The notes: a model not told the origin generated them from the sequence alone. 64,000 nt of DNA from Patescibacteria group bacterium (GCA_038078735.1 JBBTTI010000003.1:8538-72537); one strand, 5' to 3'. Positions 17,744 through 27,366 are shown, counted from the stretch's first letter. Made by a program: numbers and translations.

Positions 17744-19099
17744 ATGCCAGAGCAATTAATAGACAAACTTCCTCCTCGATCAATTGAAGCCGAGCAATCG
17801 CTTTTAGGCTCTTTATTGTTGGACAAAGACGCCATAATAAGAGTGGCTGACCTTTTGGCGCCTGACTCTTTTTATCAAAAATCTCATCAGGATATTTACA
17901 GAGTTTGCCGGGAACTTTTTGAAAAAGGAGAGCCGATTGATCTTTTATCAGTTTCCAATCGGTTAAAAGACAAAGGGATTTTAGAGCAAGTCGGCGGCAG
18001 CAGTTATCTTTCTGAACTGATAAATATGGTGGCTACTCCGGCCCATGCCGCAAATTACGGGAAAATTGTTCATCGAAAAAGCATCCTGCGCGACTTAATC
18101 AGCGCTTCTCACGATATCTCAAGATTAGGCTATGACGAAAGCGAAGATATTAATGTTCTTTTGGACAAGGCTGAAAAAAGAATTTTTGGCATCGCCCAAA
18201 GCGGTTTGAGCCAAGATTTTGTGCTGGTCAAAACTACCTTGGAAGACGCTTTCACCAGAATAGATCAGTTATCGCGCGAAGGCGCAGGGCTTCGCGGATT
18301 AGCCACCGGCTTTTCGGCTTTAGATAATATTTTGGCCGGTCTGCAAAAATCCGACTTGATAATTTTAGCCGCCAGGCCTTCTCTTGGAAAATCGGCTTTG
18401 GCTTTGAATTTTGCCCTTAATGTCGCTATCAACGAAAAAATACCCGTTGGAGTTTTCTCTTTGGAAATGTCCAAAGATCAAATTGTTGACAGGCTGATTT
18501 CCTCAATCTCAATGGTAGACTTATGGAAAATAAGAACCGGAAAATTATCCCATGAAGGCGAAGATAATGATTTTACTAAAATTAGGGAAGCGATGTCGGT
18601 TTTATCGGAAGCGCCGCTCTATATTGATGATGCTGCCTCACCGACTATCTTGCAAATGAAAGCCATGTGCCGACGATTGCAGGCTTCAAAAGGACTGGGA
18701 TTAGTTGTTGTTGATTACTTGCAATTAGTTGAACCGTTTAATCCGGATGCTCCGCCTGTTCAACAAGTGACAGAGGCTTCCAGGGCATTAAAAGCTTTAG
18801 CCAGAGAATTAAATATTCCGGTTTTGGTTCTTTCCCAGTTATCAAGAGCCGTTGAGAGCAGATCTCCCCAAATTCCCCGTTTAGCCGACTTAAGGCAATC
18901 AGGCAGTATTGAACAAGACGCGGATGTGGTTATGTTCATTTATCGCGAAGACAGATACCGGCCGGAAACCGAGAAAAAAGGAATTGCTGATATTATCATA
19001 GCTAAACACCGCAACGGTCCGGTTGGCCAAGCAGAAGTTTATTTCGATGAAAGAACAGTCACTTTTAGAAATTTAGAAAAAAGATACTCTGAAGAATAA
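17744..19099 (+). CDS. dnaB: replicative DNA helicase
   Basis: DnaB N-terminal domain and RecA-like core (ARPSLGKSALALN Walker A). No intein. Confidence 0.9.
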   Translation: MPEQLIDKLPPRSIEAEQSLLGSLLLDKDAIIRVADLLAPDSFYQKSHQDIYRVCRELFEKGEPIDLLSVSNRLKDKGILEQVGGSSYLSELINMVATPAHAANYGKIVHRKSILRDLISASHDISRLGYDESEDINVLLDKAEKRIFGIAQSGLSQDFVLVKTTLEDAFTRIDQLSREGAGLRGLATGFSALDNILAGLQKSDLIILAARPSLGKSALALNFALNVAINEKIPVGVFSLEMSKDQIVDRLISSISMVDLWKIRTGKLSHEGEDNDFTKIREAMSVLSEAPLYIDDAASPTILQMKAMCRRLQASKGLGLVVVDYLQLVEPFNPDAPPVQQVTEASRALKALARELNIPVLVLSQLSRAVESRSPQIPRLADLRQSGSIEQDADVVMFIYREDRYRPETEKKGIADIIIAKHRNGPVGQAEVYFDERTVTFRNLEKRYSEE

Positions 19100-19677
19100 T
19101 GCACTCCCCTACTATTCAAAAATTAATTGATTTGTTTTCCAAATTTCCAACGGTTGGTTCCAGAACAGCCAGCCGTTTTGTTTTTTATTTATTAGGATTA
19201 AAAAAAGAAGAGGTCAGAGAATTGCTGAATAGCATCGCAGATATCCGAAATAAAGTTAAAATCTGCCCTTCTTGTTTTAATCCATTTGAGCCCTTCGACG
19301 CGACTCAGGGTAAATCCGACGTTTGTTTGATTTGTTCTGATCCAAGACGGAATAAATCTCTTCTTTGTGTTGTGGCTAATGAAACCGACTTAGAGGCGAT
19401 TGAAAAAACAAAAAAATATAAAGGTTTTTATTTTATTTTTGAAAAATTAAGGATTAAGGAATTGGAAAAAAAATTAAAAGAACATCCTGAAATTGAAGAA
19501 ATTATCTTGGCTATGAATTCTACCACTGAAGGCGAAGTCGCGACTTTATATTTACAAAGATTATTGGAACCTTTTAAGAAAAAAACAACTCGCCTTGGGC
19601 GAGGTCTGCCAGTCGGCGGTGAATTGGAATATGCCGACGAAGAAACTCTCTCTTCGGCTTTGGAAGGCAGGAAGTAG
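19099..19677 (+). CDS. recR: recombination protein RecR
   Basis: HhH region, C4 zinc finger (CPSCFN...C..C) and Toprim domain. Confidence 0.9.
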   Translation: MHSPTIQKLIDLFSKFPTVGSRTASRFVFYLLGLKKEEVRELLNSIADIRNKVKICPSCFNPFEPFDATQGKSDVCLICSDPRRNKSLLCVVANETDLEAIEKTKKYKGFYFIFEKLRIKELEKKLKEHPEIEEIILAMNSTTEGEVATLYLQRLLEPFKKKTTRLGRGLPVGGELEYADEETLSSALEGRK

Positions 19678-19682
19678 TTAAA

Positions 19683-19717
19683 AGAAGCTTAGCTTCTCAC
19701 TTAGAAGCTAAGCTTCT
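19683..19717. repeat. REP-like palindrome, family B, copy 2 (between convergent recR and rplU; overlaps the rplU stop codon)
   Basis: Identical 15-5-15 palindrome. Confidence 0.85.
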
Positions 19718-20033
19718 AAGACTTGAGGTCAATGGTTTTAATCTCTACTTCAGTAAATTGCTGACGATGGCCCTTTTTGAGGTGATAGCGTTTTTTGGCT
19801 TTATATTTAAAAATAATTACTTTTTTGGCCTTTCCCTGACTTAGTACTTTTCCCGTCACCTTAGCTCCTTTAACAGTTGGAGATCCGATCTCCAATTTAT
19901 CGTCTTTCTCCAAAAGCAAAACTTCGTCAAAGATAACCTCTTTGCCGTCTTCAATTTCCAGTTTTTCAATTTTAACTTTTTCTCCGGGTTTAACAATATA
20001 TTGCTTTCCCCCGGTTTTAATCACAGCCAACAT
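19716..20033 (-). CDS. rplU: 50S ribosomal protein L21
   Basis: MLAVIKTGGKQYIVKPGEKVKIEKL. Start placed at the internal Met that matches the bL21 N-terminus. Confidence 0.85.
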   Translation of the reverse strand: MLAVIKTGGKQYIVKPGEKVKIEKLEIEDGKEVIFDEVLLLEKDDKLEIGSPTVKGAKVTGKVLSQGKAKKVIIFKYKAKKRYHLKKGHRQQFTEVEIKTIDLKS

Positions 20034-20055
20034 ATTTTCAAATATAGCAAATTGA

Positions 20056-21027
20056 TTATTTTTCGTCAACGAGCTGTTTGGTCTCACCTATTTCTACCAG
20101 TTTTTCTACCTTTTCGTCAAGTAGGGAAAGCCTTTTCTCTGAATCTTCGTAAGCCGAACCGGCATTCTTTATATGGCTTCCCAGCTTCCTAAAGTCATCC
20201 ATCAACTTACTGGCGTCTTGATGGACCTTGGCCAGTTTCTTTAGAATCTCCTGCGTTTGCTTGGAAATTTGAGTGTCTTTAAACCAATGCTCAATTGTTC
20301 GCAGAGTTAAATAAATTGTGTTCGGCGAGGTTAAGATAATTTTTTTAGACCAGGCAAAAGCGGCCACATCCATTTCTTTGCCTAGACTGTTGATTATTTC
20401 ATAATAAATAGCTTCGGCCGGAATATAGATTAAAGCAAAGTCGGTCGTGCCTTCCGAGGGTAAAAGGTATTTTGAACTGATTTCCTGAATCCTATTTTTA
20501 ACGTCTTCTAAAAAGTTTTTTTTGAAAAAATTCTTTTCAATATCAGTCGCAGCGTTGATCATTTTATCAAAATTTTCTGAAGGAAATTTAGAATCAATCG
20601 GCAAAACCCGGCCGTTGGGCAGTTTTAAAACCGCGTCAACCTGTTCGCCCGAAGAAAAAAGATACTGGATTTTATAAAGTTCCTGCGGAAAATGCTGGGA
20701 CAAAATATGCTCCAAGCTGGCCTCGCCCCATTGGCCCCGTAGTTTAGGCGATTTAAAGATATCCTGAAAAGTGGAAACATCTTTTACCGACTCTTCAATC
20801 TGTTTTAAATTATCTTTTATCTGGGTAGTTTCTTTAGTGAAAGAATAGATTTGCTCGTTCATTGTTTTTGACTGCCCCATCATCAAATCCGTCAACCGCC
20901 TCTCTAGATTTAAAATCGCTTCGGATTGCTTTTCATCAGTTCTTGTTTTTTTGCTTAAGAAAAAAAATACCGCAACAAAAACCGCTACCGCTAAAGCTAT
21001 TCCTAAGATTAAAATTAAACTAGTCAT
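20056..21027 (-). CDS. rmuC: DNA recombination protein RmuC
   Basis: N-terminal TM, coiled coil, and the RmuC core (LRGQWGE...LPNGRVLPIDSKFP). Confidence 0.8.
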   Translation of the reverse strand: MTSLILILGIALAVAVFVAVFFFLSKKTRTDEKQSEAILNLERRLTDLMMGQSKTMNEQIYSFTKETTQIKDNLKQIEESVKDVSTFQDIFKSPKLRGQWGEASLEHILSQHFPQELYKIQYLFSSGEQVDAVLKLPNGRVLPIDSKFPSENFDKMINAATDIEKNFFKKNFLEDVKNRIQEISSKYLLPSEGTTDFALIYIPAEAIYYEIINSLGKEMDVAAFAWSKKIILTSPNTIYLTLRTIEHWFKDTQISKQTQEILKKLAKVHQDASKLMDDFRKLGSHIKNAGSAYEDSEKRLSLLDEKVEKLVEIGETKQLVDEK

Positions 21028-21064
21028 AAAATTATTTTAGCATTTTTAAAAATTTAACCAAAAC

Positions 21065-21833
21065 TAGCGAGAAGTGTTCTCGCTAATATTTATTCAATTA
21101 CAACTTGATCAAAATCGGCTAATTCTTTTTTAGATTGCAACCAATCGTTAACAAATCTTTGGCAGCCTTGAACGCCGCCCATTAGTTCGGTTAGAAATTC
21201 CCTGCTGGTTAAAGATGGAAAATTTTTCTCGTCTAAATAATCTATGTAGCTTGACCAGCGATATTTCTTTAAAAATTTTAATACTTTCTGAAAGTCCCCA
21301 CCCTTAATCCCCTTTTCTTTCCAACCCGGAACTATTATCGCCACAGGGTTAGTATGAATATAAACAAAAACGGTCATTAGTTGATTGTCATTTTTAATAT
21401 GAACTAGCTTATATCTTCCATCAAACAAATGTCCGCTTCTTTTATATTTTTTATTATAATATCCGCCGTACCCAGCGCCAAGCTTTCTCATAAATTTACT
21501 AATCCCACCTTCGCCAAGCTGTCTAAGCAATAAATGGATATGATTCGGCATCAAACAAAACGCCAATATCTCCACTAATAGTTTTCTCTTCCTTCTTTTA
21601 TCCCTTTCTAATAGTCCGAGAAATGTTCTCGAACTATTGAAACTTCGACGAAAATTCCATAACGCTGGCGCTTCATCGTTAAATTCAAACAGATCATGAA
21701 TCATCCTAAAATAATCTTTTTCGTCGCGAAAAAGCTTCAAGCCTTCTATCGCTCTGATTACAACATGGTATATTTCTCCAGTAACTAATGGCGGTCGTTT
21801 TGTGGACATATAATGTGCCGAGAAATGTTCTCG
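21065..21833 (-). mobile_element. RAYT/IS200-like unit 1: Y1 transposase gene flanked by CGAGAA..TTCTCG hairpins
   Basis: TAGCGAGAAgtgTTCTCGCTA at 21065..21085, CGAGAAatgTTCTCG at 21819..21833, and an intragenic copy at 21617..21631. Confidence 0.6.
21090..21809 (-). CDS. COG1943 / IS200-like HuH Y1 transposase (REP-associated tyrosine transposase-like)
   Basis: HuH motif LMPNHIHLLL and the YIHTNPV tyrosine motif. Paralogous to 40181..40879. Confidence 0.7.
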   Translation of the reverse strand: MSTKRPPLVTGEIYHVVIRAIEGLKLFRDEKDYFRMIHDLFEFNDEAPALWNFRRSFNSSRTFLGLLERDKRRKRKLLVEILAFCLMPNHIHLLLRQLGEGGISKFMRKLGAGYGGYYNKKYKRSGHLFDGRYKLVHIKNDNQLMTVFVYIHTNPVAIIVPGWKEKGIKGGDFQKVLKFLKKYRWSSYIDYLDEKNFPSLTSREFLTELMGGVQGCQRFVNDWLQSKKELADFDQVVIE

Positions 21834-21863
21834 CTAGTTTATAATAACACAGAACCTTTCTAT

Positions 21864-22814
21864 CTATTTTGTCAAGATTTCGACGATTAAAAATATAATA
21901 TAAATTGCCAACAAGAAAAGGCCTTCTTTTTTGGTGATTTTATGGCCGGTTCTGATGGCTAGTAAAAAAACCAAAGTTGCAATAATTAAAAAGAATCTGG
22001 AAATTAAAAATGGAGAAAAATTAGTAAAGATAATCGGCTGGATTAAGGCCACGATTCCAAGCACCATAGTGGCGGTATTAACTACTCCGCCCATCAGATT
22101 TCCTAAAATCATCCAAGTCTCTCCCCTCTTTACCGAAATAAGGGAGAAAAAAGTTTCCGGCATAGAATTTCCCAATCCGACGATTAGTATTCCGATTAAA
22201 CCCAGAGACATATGAAAAGAATCAGCAAAGAACATCGCTGATTTTATAATTCCTTGAGCGCTAAAAAATAAAATAGCGGTTGCCAAAATAATTAATCCTA
22301 TATTTTTCAAAAAGAACGAAAATTTTGTAGAGATATTTTCTTCATAAACCTTTGTAAATCTTTCCTTTTTTTTGAAAAGCCATGCCGCATAAAGAAAATA
22401 AGATAAAATTAAGACAAAACCGTCAAGTCTGCCCAGAACTCCGTCTATTGCCAGAAAGAACGGCATAAGGGCAAAAATAACGGTAAAAATAGCGGTTGAC
22501 TGAACCACTCGGCTTTCTGCCTCCAACCCCTTTTTTGACATAAAAACAGCTATGGCCATGACTACAGTCAAATCAATAAGATTTCCGCCCATAACATCTC
22601 CAAAAGAAAGCTCGGGAATACCCTGAACAGCAGAAATAATACCCAAAAAAAGATTGGGAGCGGAAGAGGCAAAAGCCATCATAAAAAAAGCGACGATGAA
22701 TTCTTTCCAGCCTAAAAATCTGGCGATATAAGAAAGCGAAGAAACAACCATTTTACTGGAAACGATTATAAAAAAAGTGGAAGCAACAAAAATTAGAATA
22801 TAGAGCCAGATCAT
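21864..22814 (-). CDS. Na+/Ca2+ exchanger (CaCA) family membrane protein
   Basis: Two alpha-repeat signatures (SSAPNLF..., GLGNSMPETFFSL) and about 10 TM helices. Confidence 0.7.
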   Translation of the reverse strand: MIWLYILIFVASTFFIIVSSKMVVSSLSYIARFLGWKEFIVAFFMMAFASSAPNLFLGIISAVQGIPELSFGDVMGGNLIDLTVVMAIAVFMSKKGLEAESRVVQSTAIFTVIFALMPFFLAIDGVLGRLDGFVLILSYFLYAAWLFKKKERFTKVYEENISTKFSFFLKNIGLIILATAILFFSAQGIIKSAMFFADSFHMSLGLIGILIVGLGNSMPETFFSLISVKRGETWMILGNLMGGVVNTATMVLGIVALIQPIIFTNFSPFLISRFFLIIATLVFLLAIRTGHKITKKEGLFLLAIYIIFLIVEILTK

Positions 22815-23857
22815 TTTATTTTTCTTTTTATTTTTTTATACATTAATAAAACCAATATTCCTTCTATGACCAGCGTAATTGAGCCGACGAAACCAATAAT
22901 ATTAATAAAATCTTTCAGCCCGGCCAAAAACAAAATAATCGGAATAAAAGAAACTAAAAACCAAGCTGAAATTTTCGGGATCTTAAAATCATAATAAAGC
23001 ATATTTTTTAAATAGAGACCGACAATAATGAAGGAGGTAAAAGTGGCTAAAAAGCCAAAAAGAAAACCTAACCTTAAAACTCCTTGGCTTAAAAGTCCGG
23101 CTAATCCCGTTAAGCCGAATTCGCTTGTCTGACGGCCGCTGATTCCTAAGATGAAAACAGTAAAAAGAGCATAAACGACGGCGGCAATTAAAATTGAAAT
23201 CAAAATAACCTTTTTTAAACTCTTTTTGTCGCCAATGAGTATTTCTTCTATCTCCGGAATCATTGTCGCCCCCCACAAAGAAAAAATAATCGGTCCGATC
23301 GGCAGAAAAATATTTTGCAAGTTGAAATTGCCAGCCAAAAGATTTTCCGGTCTGAATAATGGCATACCTTTAAAAAAAAGAAAAACCAAGGCGGCTAAAA
23401 ACAAAATTAATCCCCAAAACTCTATCCGGACAATAGCTTTGACCCCGATAAGGATTGACAAAGCGCCTAAGGCAAAATATAAAAACGTATAGAAAAAAAC
23501 GCTGCCGCCTAAAAAATCGCTAAATAAATTTCGCAGAAATTCGCCGCCGACAATCAGATAAGCTAACAAGGAGCCGAAAGAGCCTATCGCTAAACTTAAT
23601 AAAGCCAAACTTCTGGCCCAATTGCCTAAATAAAGTTTAGCATAACCGGGCAAACGCAAAAAATCAGGCGTAGCTAAGGCCACATCGGCATAAAGATAAT
23701 GGATTAATAAAACAAAAAATCCCAAGATAAAAAAATAACCAGCCATAACGACGATGCCCACTTGGGAGGCGATATAAGGCAGAGAAAAAATCCCCACTCC
23801 AATAATCGTTCCCGACAAAGTCGCTGTTGCCAAAATAAAAGTTTTAATCTTAGACAT
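22811..23857 (-). CDS. amino acid permease (Trp/Tyr-permease/HAAAP-like)
   Basis: 348 aa polytopic protein with a HAAAP-like N-terminus (GTIIGVGIFSLPYIAS). Family assignment is approximate. Confidence 0.5.
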   Translation of the reverse strand: MSKIKTFILATATLSGTIIGVGIFSLPYIASQVGIVVMAGYFFILGFFVLLIHYLYADVALATPDFLRLPGYAKLYLGNWARSLALLSLAIGSFGSLLAYLIVGGEFLRNLFSDFLGGSVFFYTFLYFALGALSILIGVKAIVRIEFWGLILFLAALVFLFFKGMPLFRPENLLAGNFNLQNIFLPIGPIIFSLWGATMIPEIEEILIGDKKSLKKVILISILIAAVVYALFTVFILGISGRQTSEFGLTGLAGLLSQGVLRLGFLFGFLATFTSFIIVGLYLKNMLYYDFKIPKISAWFLVSFIPIILFLAGLKDFINIIGFVGSITLVIEGILVLLMYKKIKRKIK

Positions 23858-23996
23858 AATCTAATTGTAATAAAAAAAGGGGCTCATTTAAAGCCCCTCG
23901 GACGCCTACACCTTAAGATAAGAAATAAAAACAGGCGCGCTAACCATTTTTTGATTTCTCCTTTCTTATATTCAGTTGGAAAAGAAACTTTTCCAG

Positions 23997-24071
23997 CGGC
24001 CCCAAGCGGATTTGAACCGCTGTTCCAAGAATGAGAATCTCGTGTCCTAGACCAGGCTAGACGATGGGGCC
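23997..24071 (-). tRNA. tRNA-Glu (anticodon CTC)
   Basis: GGCCCCA acceptor, anticodon stem-loop CGAGA-TTCTCAT-TCTTG, GGTTCAAATCC T-arm. Confidence 0.75.
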
Positions 24072-24075
24072 AAAT

Positions 24076-24122
24076 ACTAAATTTCTAATTACTAATTACT
24101 AATTTCTAATTAACTATTACCA
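24076..24122. repeat. short tandem heptamer repeat (TAATTAC/TAATTTC x ~6)
   Basis: ctaaatttctaattactaattactaatttctaattaactattacc. Confidence 0.5.
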
Positions 24123-24139
24123 AAAAATAAAGAAACTGT

Positions 24140-25711
24140 CTACTGGTAATCGGGAGGAATTTGATAAAGATGAATGATGTAGTCGGCTAAATCGCGGAAA
24201 ATGGGCAGGGCGGAATATCCGGCGGTTTTAGTTTGGGGATCATCCAATTTTACCAAGATTAAAAATTGAGGGTGAAAAGCCGGGAAAAATCCGACAAAAC
24301 TCTGAATTGTCTTATCTGACGAGTATCCCCCCTTTTCGGCAACTTGAGCCGTGCCAGTTTTTCCGGCGATATAATAACCGGGAATCTTAGCTCCCTTAAC
24401 AAGACCATTGTCCACCACGCTGACAAGCATAGAGGTTATTTGGGAAGCAGTTTTGGTGGAAATAATTTGCTCGGAATTTTCCAACGGGAAATTATCAGCC
24501 AAATGCGGCGTCGCTAATTTTCCGCCATTAGCTAAAGCCGAGTAAGCCTTAGCTAATTGCATTAAAGTGACCTGTATCCCCTGACCAAAAGCGGCATTGG
24601 CAAAATTAATTTCGTAGCCCTTTTTAAATTCCTTATTTTGGGAATAAACTTCGCTTAAGTCAGCGCCGGTTCTTTTAAAAAACCCAAATTTTTCCAGATA
24701 TTTCAGAAAAAGATTATTGCCCAGCTGCCTTTCGGCAAAAACAGCGCCGGTGTTGATTGATTTTTCCAGAACATTGGTCATTGTCTGCAATCCATAAACC
24801 TTATCATCGTAATTCTTAATTGAATAACTTCCGATCTGGACTATGCCCGTGTCTGTATATTTCGTATCAGGAGTAATTTTATCCTCTTCTAAGGCAGCGG
24901 CCATTGTAATCGGCTTGAATATCGAGCCGGGTTCAAAAAGCGAAAGAGTGGCTTCATTTTGGAATATTTCTAATTTTTTGTCTTGAGCATATTCTTGATA
25001 AGAATTTGGATTAAAATTAGGAAAATTTGCTAGGGCCAAAATTCTGCCGGAACTTGGCTCTAAAATTAAAATAGACCCTTTGGCAATTTTAAGATTTTGA
25101 GCTGCTGCGCTCAATAATTTCTCGGCATAAAATTGGACATTGTAATCAATGGTCAGATTTAAATCTTTGCCTTTCCCGCCGTTTTTGCCGGTTAAAATAT
25201 TATTATAGTATGCTTCTAAACCATATTGGCCATGAGAATTGGCATCAACAAAACCGATTAATTGAGAGGCCATTGTCTCTTGAGGAAAATAACGGCCCCT
25301 CTCTTCTTTGATATAAATGCCGGATAATTTTGCTTTTTTTAACCCGTCAACTGCTTCGTCGCTGATTCGGTTTTTTATCAAGGAATATAAAGTGCCTTCT
25401 TTATTTAATTTTTCTAAAATAAAATCAACGGGTAAATTTAAAATCTGATTCAAAATTTGAGCTGTTTTTTCCGGATCATTAATTTTAGGCGGCTCGGTAT
25501 AAACCGAAAAAAAACTTTTATTGATAGCTAATGATTCGCCATTTTTAAAAAAAATTTCGCCCCGCTCCCCGTTCTTAATCTTTGACTGCAAAAAAAAGCC
25601 TTCAGATAAGGCCTTGTTTTTTTCTCCTTGAATTATTTGGATACTAACTAGTTGGCCGATAATCGCCAGCCCAAATAAGCAAAGAGCAATAAAAACGATG
25701 TTAGTTCTCAT
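24140..25711 (-). CDS. ftsI: peptidoglycan D,D-transpeptidase (PBP2/FtsI class B PBP)
   Basis: N-terminal TM, dimerisation domain, and transpeptidase motifs (SxxK, SxN, KTG: GSIFKP, KTGTAQ). Sits in the dcw cluster. Confidence 0.85.
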   Translation of the reverse strand: MRTNIVFIALCLFGLAIIGQLVSIQIIQGEKNKALSEGFFLQSKIKNGERGEIFFKNGESLAINKSFFSVYTEPPKINDPEKTAQILNQILNLPVDFILEKLNKEGTLYSLIKNRISDEAVDGLKKAKLSGIYIKEERGRYFPQETMASQLIGFVDANSHGQYGLEAYYNNILTGKNGGKGKDLNLTIDYNVQFYAEKLLSAAAQNLKIAKGSILILEPSSGRILALANFPNFNPNSYQEYAQDKKLEIFQNEATLSLFEPGSIFKPITMAAALEEDKITPDTKYTDTGIVQIGSYSIKNYDDKVYGLQTMTNVLEKSINTGAVFAERQLGNNLFLKYLEKFGFFKRTGADLSEVYSQNKEFKKGYEINFANAAFGQGIQVTLMQLAKAYSALANGGKLATPHLADNFPLENSEQIISTKTASQITSMLVSVVDNGLVKGAKIPGYYIAGKTGTAQVAEKGGYSSDKTIQSFVGFFPAFHPQFLILVKLDDPQTKTAGYSALPIFRDLADYIIHLYQIPPDYQ

Positions 25712-26042
25712 CGACTTTTACTAGAGGAGAGTAAATCTGGATATATTTTGTTTGCTTAGACTTTTCAAAATTTTGGCTTAAAAAATAAGCGTCTAAGTTG
25801 GTCAGTGATTGAATTTTAGAAAAATTAATCTCCAACGCCCCTCTTTGTTTCACTAAATCAGTTAATTTTGTTTGGCTGTCCTTTAAAACATATCTGTCTT
25901 TAGCCAATGATGTCACTTGAAAAATATAAAAAATTAATAAGGAAATAATAAAAATCAAAGATATCGCCCGAAAGAATTTTAAATTCAAATTTGGCTTTAT
26001 AAACACTGAAACCGGAAAATTTAAAGTTAAAGTGGTTGACAT
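25701..26042 (-). CDS. ftsL: cell division protein FtsL-like
   Basis: 113 aa with one TM then a coiled coil, at the ftsL position between rsmH and ftsI. Confidence 0.4.
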   Translation of the reverse strand: MSTTLTLNFPVSVFIKPNLNLKFFRAISLIFIISLLIFYIFQVTSLAKDRYVLKDSQTKLTDLVKQRGALEINFSKIQSLTNLDAYFLSQNFEKSKQTKYIQIYSPLVKVDEN

Positions 26043-26884
26043 AATTTTACTGCGGCTCTTAATTTTGCTGAACGCGCTCTATGATTAATTTTAATTTCTT
26101 GAAAAGATGCAACGACTGGCTTTTTTGTTAAAATTTTTAACGAATCTTGTTTAAAAAAATTTTTAATAATTCTGTCCTCTAGGGAATGGAATGAAATTAC
26201 AATTATTCTGCCATCTTTTTTCAGAACTTCTAAAGATTGCGGCAAGACCTTTTCTAAATTGTTCAATTCATCATTAACCGCTATTCTTAATGCCTGAAAA
26301 GTTCTGGTGGCAATGTTTATTCTTTGACTTTGGTACCAGACAGGGGTGGCTTTTTTTATGATTCCCACAAGCTGGAAAGTATTTTGGATGGGATTTATCT
26401 GCCTTGAGGTTATAATTTCTCTGGCAATCTCCTTAGCAAACTTTTCTTCGCCGAAATCAGTCAAGATTTTTTCTATTTCCAGGGCTGACCAGAAATTTAC
26501 TATTTTTTCTGCGGTTAATTGATTTTCAACGCTATATCTCATGTCCAAGAGTTCTTGTTTTTGAAAACTGAATCCCCTGCCCGATTCTTCCAAATGCCAA
26601 CTGGACATTCCCAAATCAATTAAGACTCCGTCTGCTTTGCCAAATTTTGTTTTTTCAACTATTTCTTTCAGGTTGGTAAAATTATCTTCCGCAAGGACTA
26701 ATCGCTCATGATTCTTAATTCTTAAATTAAAATCTATCCCAAGTACTTTTCCATTAGGCTTTGTTCTTTCGAGAATAGCTGATGTATGCCCGCCTTCGCC
26801 TATTGTGCAATCAATGAAATTCTCGTTTGGCTTTGGGTCAAGATATTCTATAACCTCTTTTTGAAGAACAGGTATATGGTCCAT
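26027..26884 (-). CDS. rsmH: 16S rRNA (cytosine1402-N4)-methyltransferase
   Basis: HIPVLQKEV and DCTIGEGGHT SAM-binding motifs. Confidence 0.9.
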   Translation of the reverse strand: MDHIPVLQKEVIEYLDPKPNENFIDCTIGEGGHTSAILERTKPNGKVLGIDFNLRIKNHERLVLAEDNFTNLKEIVEKTKFGKADGVLIDLGMSSWHLEESGRGFSFQKQELLDMRYSVENQLTAEKIVNFWSALEIEKILTDFGEEKFAKEIAREIITSRQINPIQNTFQLVGIIKKATPVWYQSQRINIATRTFQALRIAVNDELNNLEKVLPQSLEVLKKDGRIIVISFHSLEDRIIKNFFKQDSLKILTKKPVVASFQEIKINHRARSAKLRAAVKLCQPL

Positions 26885-26887
26885 TCT

Positions 26888-27319
26888 TTAAATTCCTAAT
26901 TCTTTTATTTTCCCAGCAATATCCCCTATTTCTCCCTCCACTTTTTTCCTATAAATTTCCCAACTATCGGCATTCCAAATTTCCAATCGGTTGTATAAAC
27001 CGCAAACCACAACATTTTTTACTAAACTGGCGTAATTTTTTAAATAATCCGGCACAAGAATTCTGCCTAATTTATCCAATTCCACTGCCATAGCGCCGGC
27101 CAGCATAATTCTGGCGAATCCCCTGGCTTCCGCTTGCCCAGATGGCAATTTACCCAATTTGTCTGACATAATCTCCCATTCTTTTTGGGTATAAACAACC
27201 AAGCAGTTATCTAGTCCTCTGGTGATGATAACCATTTCGCCGAGTTCCTTGCGAAACTTAGCTGGCAAGGCCAGTCTTTTTTTGGCGTCAATTGTATGGC
27301 GAAATTCTCCTATAAGCAT
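26888..27319 (-). CDS. mraZ: transcriptional regulator MraZ
   Basis: Duplicated MraZ domains (EFRHTIDAKKRLALPAKFR). Confidence 0.9.
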   Translation of the reverse strand: MLIGEFRHTIDAKKRLALPAKFRKELGEMVIITRGLDNCLVVYTQKEWEIMSDKLGKLPSGQAEARGFARIMLAGAMAVELDKLGRILVPDYLKNYASLVKNVVVCGLYNRLEIWNADSWEIYRKKVEGEIGDIAGKIKELGI

Positions 27320-27325
27320 AAATAG

Positions 27326-27366
27326 TTATCCACAGATTAAGGCACTTATCCCACACTTATCCACAA
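27326..27366. promoter_or_regulatory. three TTATCCACA-type boxes (DnaA-box consensus; on the mraZ strand, GTGG(G)ATAAGT direct repeats) immediately upstream of the mraZ start
   Basis: TTATCCACA at 27326, TTATCCCACA at 27346, TTATCCACA at 27358. They resemble MraZ operator GTGG repeats and also the DnaA box. Confidence 0.45.

Noticed and set aside
24076-24122. Possible CRISPR-like or minisatellite array
   Set aside because: Only ~6 imperfect 7-bp units with no spacers, so it is a simple AT-rich tandem repeat.
27326-27366. Chromosomal origin (oriC) based on DnaA-box consensus sites
   Set aside because: Only three boxes. No dnaA/dnaN nearby and no AT-rich DUE pattern that could be recognised. 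Reported instead as a regulatory site of uncertain identity.
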